A stretch of 64,000 nt of DNA from Sphyrna mokarran. Taxonomy: Eukaryota. Each line of letters opens with the position of its first letter. The stretch's first letter is position 1. Under the pieces are notes generated by a model, which saw only the letters and a list, made by a program, of their open reading frames with translations, ran no database searches and was not told where the DNA came from. This document shows, piece after piece, positions 1-12,589 of the stretch. A program made the translations under genes and the position numbers. The DNA is taken from positions 81,034,001 through 81,098,000 of the forward strand of contig JAGIQG010000009.1 of assembly GCA_024679065.1 (NCBI GenBank), given 5' to 3'.

Positions 1-1184
1 ATATACAGATTGCACAAAGAACCCTGTTAAAGGTTCCGTTGATTATGTGGATCTTCCTTTTCACCCCCAAAGGTGAGCAAACACTTCGAGATTCCACAAA
101 ATCCACTCATGTGAATCTAAATATTACTATGAAACTATTATGCGGCAAGTGTGACAGCATGCAACAAAAGTTCATGTGGTTATATGGAAAATGACATGAA
201 TTGACCGGGACTTTAGTGAAAGTAATCATTTGCCTGATTTCCTGGTTCTAGTATTCCAGTTTGGTGTTGTCAGGACTGCACTAATTGTTACTAAACATCT
301 ATATGACATGGACACATGTCAGAATGAAACTAATAAAGATCTGAGGCCCAAGAAAATTCTTAAATAATAGAATGCTTCAAAGCTATTTTCTTCTTTTCTG
401 GTTCTGATATTTGCTCTCATACTCTTTTGACTTTTGTACATGGAATGTAAGTGTATCTAACTTAAACAGGTTGTGAAGTACTGGATAAATAAGAACTGAA
501 TTAATAGTTACAGGGACGAGTACACTAGCATGATGAAATACACTCTGGGACATGATAGCACTGTTGGTACTGAGGAATTTCAATTTGCCTAAGCTCCTTA
601 GGCAGAACTATCTAAATCTGTGACCCCTAACAAACTGAAGGACAAAGGCAGCAGATGTATTGGGAGCACCACTATCTGCAAGCTCCCCTCCAAATCACTC
701 ACCCATCGTGACTTGGAAATATGTCACTATTCCTTTGCTGTTGCTGGGTCAAACTCCTGGAACTCCCTTCTTAATACGATGTTATGTCGACCCACGCCAG
801 TTAGATTTTGGCTGTTCAAGACGGCATACTGCCATCTTCCTGAGGGATGAAACAAATGTTGTCCTTGCCAGCAACAGTCGTATTCGATGTACAAATAAAA
901 AATTGTAACAGGAAACAATTAAGGAGGATTAATATGGAAATGACCGTGGGAGCTTGTTGGAAGGTGTACGAAGATTTGTTGGAAGACCTATGAGGATTTG
1001 TGGAAGGTCGAAGGTGCGTGGGCATTTCTTCAACAATTTTGAGTGTTGAGGTGAAATAAGAACGAAGAAAATTACAGTACAGGAACGGGCCTTTTGGGTC
1101 TCCAAGCCTGCACCAGCTACGCTGCTCGACTTAACAAAACCCCCAATCCTTCCAGGAACCATATCCCTCTATTCCCATCCTATT

Positions 1185-4100
1185 CAGAGAGAGGGAATGT
1201 TTGAACTCGTGGCTGCGGGGATGGTGCAGGAGGGAGGGGTTCAGGTTACTGAACAATTGGGACTCATTCTGGGATAGGTGGGAACTCTACAAGAGAGATA
1301 GTCTACACCTGAACCAGAGGGGAACCAATATCTTGGGGGGAAAATTTGCAAAGGCTTTAAACTGATTCAGAGGGGGGGTGGGATCCTGAGTAGTTGGGGT
1401 GCTAAGAGGGACGAGAATAGGGGGGTCATAGATGAGAACTGTAAAGCACAGCAGCGTACGGGTGGAGTAGGACATGGTTTGAAATGCGTATACTTTAATG
1501 CAAGAAGTATTGGCAATAAGGTGGAGGAACTTGCAGCTTGGACCAGTACCTGGAACTTTGATGTTGTGGCCATTTCAGAGACATGGATAGAGCAGGGACA
1601 GGAATGGTTGTTGCAGGTTCCGGGGTTCAAATGCTTCAGTCAGAGTAGAGAAGGAGGTAGAAGGGGGGGAGGAGTGGCATTATTAGTCAAAGACTGTATC
1701 ACAGTGACAGAAAGGAAGTTTGATGAGGACTTGTCTGTTGAGGTAGTATGGGCTGAGATTAGAAACAGGAGAGGAGAGGTCACCCTGTTGGGAGTCTTTT
1801 ATAGACCTCCTAAAAGTTCTAGAGAGGTAGAGGAAAGGATTGCAAAGTCGATTCTGGACAGGAGTGAAAGTAATAGGGTAATTGTTATGGGGGACTTTAA
1901 CTTTACTAATATTGATTGGAATAGCTATAGCTCTAGCTCGTTAGAGGGGTCAGTTTTTATACAAAGTGTGCAGGAAGGTTTTTTGACTCAATATGTAGAT
2001 AGGCCAACTAGAGGTGAGGCTACATTGGATTTGGTGCTGGACAATGAGCCAGACCAGGTGTTAGACTTGGAAGTTGGTAAACATTTTGGTGATAGTGACC
2101 ACAATTCGGTTACGTTCACCTTAGTGATGGATAGGGATAGGCATGAAGATGGGGGCAGTAGTTATAGCTGGGGGAATGGTAATTATGAGGCCATAAGGAG
2201 AGAATTAGGGTGCATAGGTTGGACTAGGAAACTACAGGGACTGGGAACATCTGAAATGTGGAGCTTATTCAAGGAGCAGCTGCTGCGAGTCCTTGATAAG
2301 TATGTCCCTGTCAGGCAAGGAGGAAATGGTCGAGTAAGGGAACCTTGGTGTACTAAAAAAGTTAATTTGCTGGTTAAAAGGAAAAAGGAGGCTTATGTCA
2401 GGATGAGGCTTGAAGGCTCAGTTAGTGCAATGGATAGCTATAGATTAGCCAGGAGGGAGCTAAAGAGTGAATTGAGGAGAGCTAAGAGGGGACATGAGAA
2501 GACTTTGGCTGATAGGATTAAGGAGAATCCTAAAGCTTTCTTTAGATATGTTAAGAATAGAAGATTGGTTAGGGCAAGATTAGGGCCAGTCAGAGACAGC
2601 AGTGGGAAGTTGTGCGTGGAGCCTGAAGAGATTGGAGAGGCACTGAACAAATATTTCTCTTCGGTATTCACGCAGGGAGATGTAAATGTAGTTGTGGAGA
2701 ACACTGGGATACAGGGTTGCAAACTGGAAAGTATTGAAGTAGATAAGGAGGATGTGCTAGATATTCTTGAGGGTTTGAAGTTAGATAAGTCCCCTGGGCC
2801 GGACGGGATTTACCCTAGGATTCTCTGGGAGGCAAGAGAGGAGATTGCAGAGCCTCTGGCTCTGATCTTCAGGTCGTCGTTGGTTACGGGTATAGTGCCG
2901 GAAGACTGGAGGATAGCGAATGTGGTCCCATTGTTCAAGAAGGAGAAGAGAGACTTTCCAGGGAATTATAGGCCAGTGAGTCTTACTTCTGTTGTGGGCA
3001 AAGTATTGGAGAGAATTATTAGGGATAGGATTTATAGATTTAGAGAGAAATGAATTGATTGGGGATAGTCAGCATGGTTTTGTGAAGGGTAGGTTGTGCC
3101 TTACTAACCTTATTGAGTTTTTTTGAAAAAGTGACCAAAGAGGTGGATGGGGGTAAGGCAGTTGATGTGGTATATATGGACTTTAGTAAGGTGTTCGATA
3201 AGGTGGCCCATGGAAGGCTTCTCAGAAAATGCAGATGTATGGGATAGAGGGTGATTTAGCTAATTGGATTAGGAATTGGCTAGCAGATAGAAGACAGAGG
3301 GTGGTAGTTGATGGGAGATATTCCTCGTGGAGTTCAGTGACAAGTGGTGTACCTCAGGGGTCTGTTTTGGGGCCCCTGCTGTTTGTAATTTTTATAAATG
3401 ATCTGGATGAGGGTATTGAAGAATGGATTAGTAAATTTGCGGATGACACCAAAGTCGGAGGAGTGGTAGATAGTGAAAAGGGGTGTTCTAGTTTGCAGAG
3501 AGACTTGGACAAGTTGCAGAGCTGGGCTGAGAGGTGGCAAATGGAGTTTAATGTGGAAAAGTGTGAGGTAATGCACTTTGGCAGGAATAACAAATGTTTA
3601 GAGTATAGGGCTAATGGTAGGATTCTTAATAGTGTTGATGAACAGAGGGATCTTGGTGTATCTGTGAATAGATCCCTGAAAGTAGGCAGTCAAGTCGAGA
3701 AGGTTGTTAAGAAGGCATACGGAGTCTTAGCTTTTATCGGTAGGGGGATTGAATTTCGGAACCGCAACGTCATGTTGCAATTGTACAAAACTCTAGTGCG
3801 GCCGCACTTGGAGTATTGTGTGCAGTTCTGGTCCCCGCATTATAAGAAAGGTGTGGAGGCATTGGAGAGGGTACAGAGGAGGTTTACCAGGATGTTGCCT
3901 GGTATGGAGGGCAGGTCTTATGAAGAGAGGCTGAGGGATTTGAGGTTGTTTTCGTTAGAAAGAAGGCGGCTAAGAGGAGACCTTATTGAAGCATATAAGA
4001 TGATTAGAGGTTTAGATAGGGTGGACAGTGATAGCCTTTTTCCTAGGATGGAGAAAGCTAGCACGAGGGGACACAGCTTTAAATTAAGGGGTGATAGTTA

Positions 4101-4333
4101 TAGGACGGATATCAGAGGTAGGTTCTTTACCCAGAGGGTGGTTAGGGAGTGGAATGCCCTGCCTGCGGCAGTTGTAGATGCGCCAAGTTTGGTGGCGTTT
4201 AAGAGGTTAGTTGATAAGCTTATGGAAGAGAAGGGAATGGTTTAGTTTGGAGGGTCATTGCTCTTTTCATAATTGGTTGGCGCAACATCGAAGGCCAAAG
4301 GGCCTGTTCTGCGCTGTAATGTTCTATGTTCTA
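1185..4333 (+). mobile_element. CR1 LINE, 5'-truncated (end of ORF1 plus ORF2 with APE endonuclease and RT, frameshifted)
   Basis: ORFs 1479-3053 (YFNARS, SETW, GDFN, SDH, NYRPVSLTS) and 3229-4245 (GVPQGSVLGP, FADD); (TTCTATG)n tail; CTATTC at both junctions. Confidence 0.95.
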
Positions 4334-5760
4334 TTCGTGTATTTGTCAAGACGGCCCTTAAAAGTCACTACAGCATTTGCTTTCACTACCTTCCCTGGCA
4401 ACGAGTTCCAGGCACCCAATACTCTCTATGAAAAAAAAAATCTGCCTCATACATCTCCATTAAATCTTGTCCCTTGCACCCAATAATTGACTCTTCCATC
4501 CTGGGAAAAAGTTCCTACAATCACTCTGTCCATGCTTCTCATAATCTTGTAGACTTCTCAACTTCCTTTGTTCCAGTGAGAACAAACCAAGTTTCTCCAA
4601 CCTCTCCTCATAGCTAATGCTCTCCATAACAGACAATATCCTGGTCAATCTTTTCTGTACCCTCTCCAAAGCCTCCACATCCTTCTGGTAGTGCGGCGAC
4701 CAGAATTGAATAATACTATATTCCAAGTGCAGTGTAACTAATGTTCTATAAAGCTGCAATATGACTTGCCAACTTTTAAACTCAAAACCCTGGCTGATGA
4801 AGACAAGCATGCAGTATGCCTTCTTGACTATCTTCTCCACCTGCATTGACATTTTCAGTGACCTGTATACCTGTACACCCAGGTCCCTTTGCTTATCAAT
4901 ACGCTTTAAGAGTTCTGCTATTTACTATATATTTCTTCTCTGTTTAGACCTTCCAAAATGCATTATCTTTCATTTGTCCGGATTAAACTTCATCTGCCAT
5001 TTCTCCGCCCAACTCTCCAACTGATTTATATCCTGCTGTATCCTCTGATGGTCCTCATTACTATGTGCCAAATCCACCAACCTTTGTGTTATCTGCAAAC
5101 TTACTAATCAAACCAGTTACGTTTTCCTCCAGATCATTTATATATATTACAAACAGCAAAGGTCCCAGCATTGATCCGTGAGGAATGCCACTTGTCACAG
5201 CACTCCATTCAGAAACAAGCCCTTCCACTGCTACCTTCTGTCTTCTTTGACTGAGCCAGTTTTGTATCCACCTTGCCAGCTCACCTCTGATCCCATGCAA
5301 CTTCACCACTTGCGCCAGTCTGCCATGAAGGATCTTGTTAAACTTCTTTCCTAAAGCCCATGTGGACAACATCCATTGCCCTACCGTCATCAATCATCTT
5401 CTTCACTTCCTCAAAAAATGCGATCAAGTTCGTGAGACCCAACCACCTTTTCACATGTTGCCTCTCACTAATACATCCACTTATTTCCAAGTGGAAATAA
5501 ATCCTGTTCAGAAGAATCCTCTCCAATAATTTCCCTATCACTGATGTAAGGCTCACCAGTAATTAGCTGAATTATTCTTGCTATCTTCTTAAATAAAGAC
5601 ACAACATTAGCTATCCTTCAGACTTCTCGGATCTCCCTTGTAGCAAGTGAGGATACGAAAATTTCTCTCAAGGCCCCAGCAGTTTCCTCCCCTGCCTCTC
5701 TTAGTATTCTGAGGTATATCCCTGGGGACTTGTCTACCTTAATGCTTCTCGAGAATCCCA
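4334..5760 (-). mobile_element. Older CR1 LINE fragment; its 3' tip at 1055-1185 is separated by the younger insertion
   Basis: RT-like ORF pieces on the minus strand (4460-4852, 5061-5393, 5338-5556); sequence is continuous across the insertion (cccatcctattc|gtgtatttg). Confidence 0.85.
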
Positions 5761-5973
5761 GTATTGGAGAACATCCCCTGAAGAAATTAGGTACTCAGTT
5801 GGAGAATCCTTGCAGACGCAATGGACCAAATGGCCTCCTTCTGCATTGTAGATATTCTATGTTTCTATGGGCTAGACGCTGGATGTTCTGAAATCAGTTT
5901 ATCCATTAACTTGCAAATATTCATTTGTTCTTTTTGCTAAATAGGGAAGAAGTTCAACTTCAACAAGAAAAGC

Positions 5974-7633
5974 ATGACAGAGCAAGAAAAGAAAAGATTG
6001 GTTGAAGCTCTTGATGGAACAAAACTTGGTGAAAAGCTGCGGGATATCTGTGAGTCTAGCAATCCTGATCTCTCACAATTCGAAAGATTAATCAAAGATG
6101 CACCCTTGGAGGATTTAGACACAGATACGTTTGGAGCAACTTTGTGTCTTGCTGCATCGAAAAATCAAGAAGATCTCGTCAGAATACTTTTGGATAACAA
6201 AGCAAATGTTAACTATCAGAGACCAGATTATGGTTGGACCCCGCTCTTTAATGCTGTTCAAGGAGACTATGAAAACATTGTTGACTTATTGTTGCAACAT
6301 GGGGCCGATCCACATCTTAGGAAGAAGAATGGAGCCACACCTTTCCTTGTTGCTGCGATAACTGGCAATGTGAATCTGCTCAAAAGGTTTCTAGACCTGG
6401 GTGCAGATGTCAATGAGACGGATGATAATGGTTTTACTGCATTTATGGAAGCAGCACAGTATGGGAATGAGGACGCTCTACAATTCCTCTTCGAGCAGAA
6501 TGCTGAGGTGAACAAGCACAGGGAAGTGTCTGATGCCAAAAAGAAGGTGGGAAGAGGTGGAAAGACTGCCCTGATTGACGCTGTGGTACAAGGCCATGAG
6601 CTCATTGTTGAGATCCTATTGGACAACATGCATGCCGATGTTAATGCGCTTGACAACCTCGGCAAAACAGCATTGCACCATGCCTTGCAGAAAGATAACC
6701 AGGAAATTGTGAAGACTCTGTTAGACCACGGAGCTCATGTTAACATCATAGACAAAAATAAAAACATACCTCTCAATATTGCATTGGCTAAAAATACCTT
6801 GCAATTCTCAATGCTGGAACTGCTGTTGCAACGTACACAGAATCTGAAAGTCCGGGATAGCGAGGGGAAAATGCCATTGATCCTTGCAGCAGAGAAGAGG
6901 AATTCAAAGGTGGTTAAACTGCTGCTAGGGGATCAAAGAGTTGAAATTGATGCACAGGATGATTTGGGGCGGACTGCCTTACTAGCAGCAGTCGAAAATA
7001 AAGATGCTTCGTTGACGGAAATATTGTGTAAGGGAGGGGCTGATGTCTCCTGTGGGGACCAGAGGGGGGATACACCGTTACTAATAGCCAAAAGGAACTA
7101 TGACAATAAAACAGCAAAGATATTGAATAAATATGGGGCAGAGATTACATCCAACAGAAAACCTCTTTCAAGATGGAAGAAGCATAGTGTGCGCTGGCAT
7201 GATACTCTGGGAAAACTGCAAGAGGTACAACGGGCTCCTATTGGAAAAGTGAAGCTATCCACAATGCCAGATTTTAAGATTAACAACAAGACGGAAGTCT
7301 ACCTTGGTTTCTATAACAATGAGAGTGAAGTTGCAGTGAAATGTCACAGGAAGGGCAGTGAAGAAGCCAAAAAGGAAATGGATTGCCTCAGAAGCCCTGC
7401 CATCAATGACAGCAGTCTGTTTGTTAATCTCTTGCATTGGGAAAATGACGAATGTTGTGATTACTTGTGTCTGGATCTCCACGAGTATAATCTCGAGGAA
7501 TGTATGGCCAACTGGCCTGAAGAAATTCAAAAGGAGGCTCCTAAAATAATGAGGCAGTTGGTTGAGGCCCTCCAGATTTTGCACGGCGTTGGGTATGCTC
7601 ATCGGGATTTGCATCCAACAAATATCCTCAGAG
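5974..7633 (+). CDS. RNASEL: RNase L (2-5A-dependent ribonuclease), first coding exon: ankyrin repeats and N-terminal part of the pseudokinase
   Basis: The ORF contains GWTPLFNAVQ, LRKKNGATPF, GFTAFMEAA, RNYD, YLGFY..EVAVK and HRDLHPTNIL, matching RNase L. Acceptor ttttgctaaatAG ends at 5944; donor AG|GTAATT at 7634; phase 1. Confidence 0.96.
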
Positions 7634-8419
7634 GTAATTCTTTGAGCATTTTCATATATTTTCGACTGCACTTAATTCTGAATTTCTCCTCGTGACGCTT
7701 TTGTGTTTTTTTCACTAATTGCTTTAAATCTGAGCCCATCATTCTCATTCCTTCCATGAGTGCCAACACTTTCTCCCTGTCTATTCTGTCTAAAACTTTT
7801 CAGGATTTTGAATGACACTTCAAAAAGATGTCATTGACTGTCACTTTCAGAGAGGTCTGCTTGTGAATGGAACTTCTTTCTTTAGTTTGTTGGTAAGGTC
7901 AAAACACACAGTGGTGCAATGGCTGCTGCCTTACAGTGCCGAGGACCTGGGTTCAGTTCCGGCCTCGGGTCAGTGTCTGTGCAAAGTTTGCACGTTCTCC
8001 CCGTGTCTGCGTGACTTCCCTCAGGGTGCTCTGGTTTCCTCCAAGATGTGCAGGTTAGGGGGTATTGCCATGATAAATGCATGGGGTTATAGGGATAAGG
8101 CAGGATGGGTGGGCCTGAACTGGAACCATGTGATTAATTTGTATTGCCAGAATGAAAAGATGCACAGTTTGCATTCGTTCAGCATAAATTTTAATTGCTA
8201 TCAAGTAGGAAATAACCAAACATGATCGCCACAGTGCTGCTGCCTCTGCACCAGCTGAAATGCTGGAAGCAATCTCAAGAGAAGGATTATGCCTCGCAAA
8301 AAGAAATGTGTTTCAGTTCAGTGCAAAACGAACACAAATTTCTCCTTGGAACCATAAAATGGTTACAGTACAGGAGGAGTCTCATTGTGCCTGCCATGCC
8401 TTTGAATGAGCAATTCACA

Positions 8420-9900
8420 TAATGCCATTGCCCCACTTTCTCCCCGTAACTCTGCACATTCTTCTTTTTCAGATCATTCCTTTTTAAATGCCTCAGTTGA
8501 ACCTGTCCCCACTACATTCTCAGACAGCGCATTCTCTTCCCTAACCACTCATTGTGTGGAAAAAGCCTCCCCTTGTGTCTCCATCGCTAAGAATCATAGA
8601 GTTGTGGAATTTTGCAGCACAGAAGGAGGCCATTTGACCTACTGTGAGTGCACTGGCTCCCAAAAGAACTACCCAGCTAGTTCCATTGTCCAGCCCTGTC
8701 TCCATAGCTCTAAATTCATCACGTTTAAATATGCGTCCTGCTCTCTTATACCTCTATCACTGTGTCCTCCAGCACATTCCAAATCCCAGCAACTCTCTGA
8801 GTAAAGCTTTTCCTCCTCATCGCAATCCTCGCTCTCTTGCTGGCCACCTTGAAGTTGTGGTGCTGAATCACTGACACACCAACTCGTGGAAACTGAATAT
8901 CCTTCTTTACCCTGTCAAAAGTGTTCATCGTTTTGGACACCTCAGTAAGGTCACCTCTTAATCTTCTCTGCTCCGAGGAGAATAAACCCAATTTCTCTAA
9001 TTTCCTTTGCACTCTCTCTAGGCCTTTAACATCCTTCCTTAAATAAGGTGCCCAGAACCGAAAATAATACACCACATGTGGTCTGACCACTGATTTGAAG
9101 AGATGCAGCATCACTTCCTTACTTTTGTACTTTATGCCTCTATTTATAAACCCAGGAATCCTATAACCAATTGCTTCAACTTGCCTGGGTACTGTCAGAA
9201 AAATTATGCACTTGAACTCTGATGCTCTTTTGTCACTGTACTCCTCTCAAAGTTGTATCGTTGAATCTGTATGTTTCTTCTACTGAATGCATTACCTCAC
9301 GTTTCGTTGCATTGGAATTCATCTGCCAGGTGCCTGCATGGCCAACTTGTCAAAGTTCATCTGAAGTCACTAAGCAGCATCCTCACAAGTCACTGTTCTC
9401 CCTAGCTTAGTATCATCTGCAATTTTAGACATTTTTGCCCTCAACACCAATTTCTAGATCAGTTATATAAATCAGAAAAAGCAACACTGATCCCAGGGGA
9501 GCACCTCTTCCAACTTATCTCCAATCTGAGAAATGTCCGTTAACACCTGGCCTCTATTCCTGTCTCTTAGCCAACATCAAATCCATGTTGCTAATCAATC
9601 CCAAATATTTCTAATATTCTAATGCTTTCTGAAAGTCCAAATATACAACATCCTCATCCACTCCCTGTGTCACCTCTTCAAAGAACTCAACAACGTTTGT
9701 AAGATATGATCTGCTCTTGACAAAGCATGTTGACTGTCTAGAATTAACTTATTTTTCTCTGTGTATATTTATCTTATCCTGTATTATGGCCTCCATCAGT
9801 TTTCCTACAGTTGATGTCAGGCTTACAGTTTCCTGGGTTATCCATTGCCCCTTTCTTTAACAACGGCTTCGTATCTGCAATCCTCCAGCTTTTTTTACTA
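8420..9900 (-). mobile_element. Decayed CR1 fragments
   Basis: ORF 8746-9114 (VRPH..WAPYL..LERVQR..LRGDL) and degenerate RT upstream of it. Confidence 0.75.
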
Positions 9901-10519
9901 ATGATTATAAATCTGTACTTTTTTTTTGTTCTCGATCCTTCCACGGATGAGAACAATCTCTCCTACCAATTCTGTTCAGACAACTTTGAACATCTCAATC
10001 AACTCTCGTCTCAGCCTTCTCTATGGAAAGCAATCCTAACTTCCCCAATAGAAACCCTACAGTACAGAAAGAGGCCATTTGGCCCATCAAGTCTGCACCG
10101 GCCACAATCCTACCCAGGCTATAGCCCCATATCCCAACATATTTATCCACTAATCCCTCTAAACTATGCATCTCAGGACACTAAGAGCAATTTTTTTTAG
10201 CATAGCCAATCAACCTAATCCGTACATCTTTGGACTGTGGAAGGAAACCAGAGCATCCAGAGGGAACACACACAAGGCACGGGAAGAATACTATAGATTT
10301 CCAGGCCTTTTTTGCGAAGATCAGGCGTCAGATGAAGCCCCAGAAAGAGTGCAATGTCTTTTCTTGTCAGCTTGGACCTTGTTTGTCTCCCTTGGGGACC
10401 ATGAACTAGATTCAATTTGAATTTGGTTTTTGGAACAAGCAGCGAATGGGTTTGGGTTTGCCTGGTCCACACTGCCACACAGGCTTTGTAACTTTAAGAA
10501 TGGAGTAAAATAAATTTTT

Positions 10520-10735
10520 TAAAAAATACTGCAGATATTGCAATCTGAAGGAAAAAAAAAAATGCTGGAAAACTAATCAGATCTGGCAGCACCTGTGGAA
10601 GAGAATCGGAGTTAATGTTTAGAGTCTGAAATGACTGAAGAATCATACAGACTTGAAACTTTAACTCTGTTTTTCTCTCCAGATATGCTGCCAGATCTGC
10701 TGAGTTTTTCCAGCACTTTCTGCTTTTGTTCCACA
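10520..10735. mobile_element. Palindromic Penelope-derived remnant, second family
   Basis: Arms GCTGGAAAACT..CAGATCTGGCAGCA / TGCTGCCAGATCTG..TTTTCCAGCA; degenerate CTGAAGA..GAAAC core. Confidence 0.6.
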
Positions 10736-11469
10736 TATAATGTGTTTGTTCTGTACTGTGTCTCTATCAATAAAGCCCAGGATACTGTTCTTTGTTAAGT
10801 GATCTTGCCACCTGTCCTGCCACCTTCAATGATTTATGCACATTTGTACCAAGCCTTTGTACTTTATTGCCTCTTTTAGAATTATATCCTTTTATTTTAT
10901 TTTGCCTCTTCATTTCCTTCACATCAAAATGAATCACTTCACGTTTTTGCACATTGAACTTCATACATCACTTGTGCAAATATTCCACCATCTTGCCTAT
11001 GCCCTTCTGAAGTTCTACATTATCCTCTTCACAATTCACACACTTTGTGTCATCCACATGTTTGGAAGCTATTACTGAGATCTAGCTAGTTATCATATCT
11101 GAGGAAGAGCAGATATCCCAACACCGATCTCAGGAGAATATCACTGGCAACCTCCCTCCAGTCCAAGACACAGCATTCATCACTACACTAGTTACTGAGA
11201 ATAATGTCACTCTGGGGAGAGCTCACACAACAGGCCTATGTTCCAAATGAACCTTCTTCCAGCCTATTACCAGAATATTCATTTCTCCCTCGCGTGTTTA
11301 CACAGCTCCTCCTGAAATGCTGAAAAAATGTTCGCATTTAAACAAATCTGCTCAACTTGATGAATTTAAAGAAACAAATTTTATTTGAAAGTAATTGGTT
11401 GTACTGAAAATTAATTTGGACTACTTTTGCACTGTGTCTGCTACAATACAATGCTTTACTTTTCCACAG

Positions 11470-11645
11470 ATGTCAAAAAAAACTTTCGTCTGGCAGATTT
11501 TGATAAGAGTGTGAATTGTGCTAAGGGTTCAACTGTGGCCAAATCCTGCAAAGCGACCTGGGAGGCATCCGAGATCCTTGAGAAACTGAAAGACTCAGAA
11601 ACAGCAACCTTCGAAGCAGCTGAACTTTTCAAGGCAGATGTACAG
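11470..11645 (+). CDS. RNASEL: RNase L coding exon 2 (LADFDKS motif and activation-segment region)
   Basis: Acceptor tttccacAG; joins in phase to give NILR-DVKKNFRLADFDKS; donor CAG|GTGCAC at 11646; phase 0. Confidence 0.92.
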
Positions 11646-12429
11646 GTGCACACTGCAGTTTCTCTCTCTCTCTCTGAGGCATCAAGAGTAAAGGGGGTCG
11701 TGCAGCTAATGTTGAGACGAGTAAAAGGTAAATGGGGTAAACAAAGAGCTGGTAGCAATTAGATCAGATGATGCCGAGTTCAAGTTTAAAGCTGTTGAGA
11801 GGAAGGTTGATTGAAGTAAGGAGCTCAACTGTTTTGGATCTATCTTTTTATTCCTTAGAGTTGGGAAGGTGTTGTTGAAGAAGCCTCAGTGAATTCTTGC
11901 AACGTTTCTTGTACACAGTACACATGTCTGCCACTATGTGTTTGTGATGGAGGGAGTGAATGTTGAAGATGTTGGACACAAACAAGTGGGGCAGCTTTGT
12001 CCTGGATCGTGTCCGGTTTTTTGAGTATTGTTGGAACCACGCTCATGCGAGTGGAGAGTGTTCCATCACACTCTGAAACGTGGACGCTGAGGTCTGAGAG
12101 GACACAACGAGGAGGGGGAAGTGTGGAGAAGTTGAAACCTGATTCACTAATGTCCTTTAGGGAAGGAAATCTGTTGTCTTTTACCCTACAATTGACTCCA
12201 GACCCACAGCTATGTGGTTGACTCATAGCTACCTTCTGAAATGGCCGATTGAGACACTCAAATCAAGTGCAATTAGAGATGGACAACAAATGGTGTTTAG
12301 GAAGGACTTGAAGCAATAGAAGCTGTTGAACTGTGTGACTATATGCCATTGTGTTGTAAAGGTAGTTGGCATGTGTGCTTTAACAGGGGACTGGAAATAA
12401 TGAAATATTACTCATGGTATGATGTATGG

Positions 12430-12589
12430 AGTAAACACAGTAAAGTCTCACAATACCAGGTTGAAGTCCAACCAATTTATTTGATAGTAAACCCACAAGC
12501 TTTACTATCAAATAAACTGGTTGGACTTTAACCTGGTGTTGTGAGACTTCTTATCGTGTTTACCCCAGTCCAACGCCCGCATCTCCATC
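12430..12589. mobile_element. Miniature Penelope-like hairpin element (opposite orientation, HHR deleted)
   Basis: Inverted arms; 11-bp TSD ATGATGTATGG (12419-12429, 12590-12600). A smaller copy lies at ~22642-22717. Confidence 0.72.

Noticed and set aside
1-590. Possible RNASEL promoter or exon 1
   Set aside because: No convincing ISRE, CpG island or donor; it cannot be placed from sequence alone.
7634-7695. C-terminal tail of the 573-aa ORF (GNSLSIFIYF...)
   Set aside because: Read-through into the intron past a good donor; homology continues in the exon at 11470.
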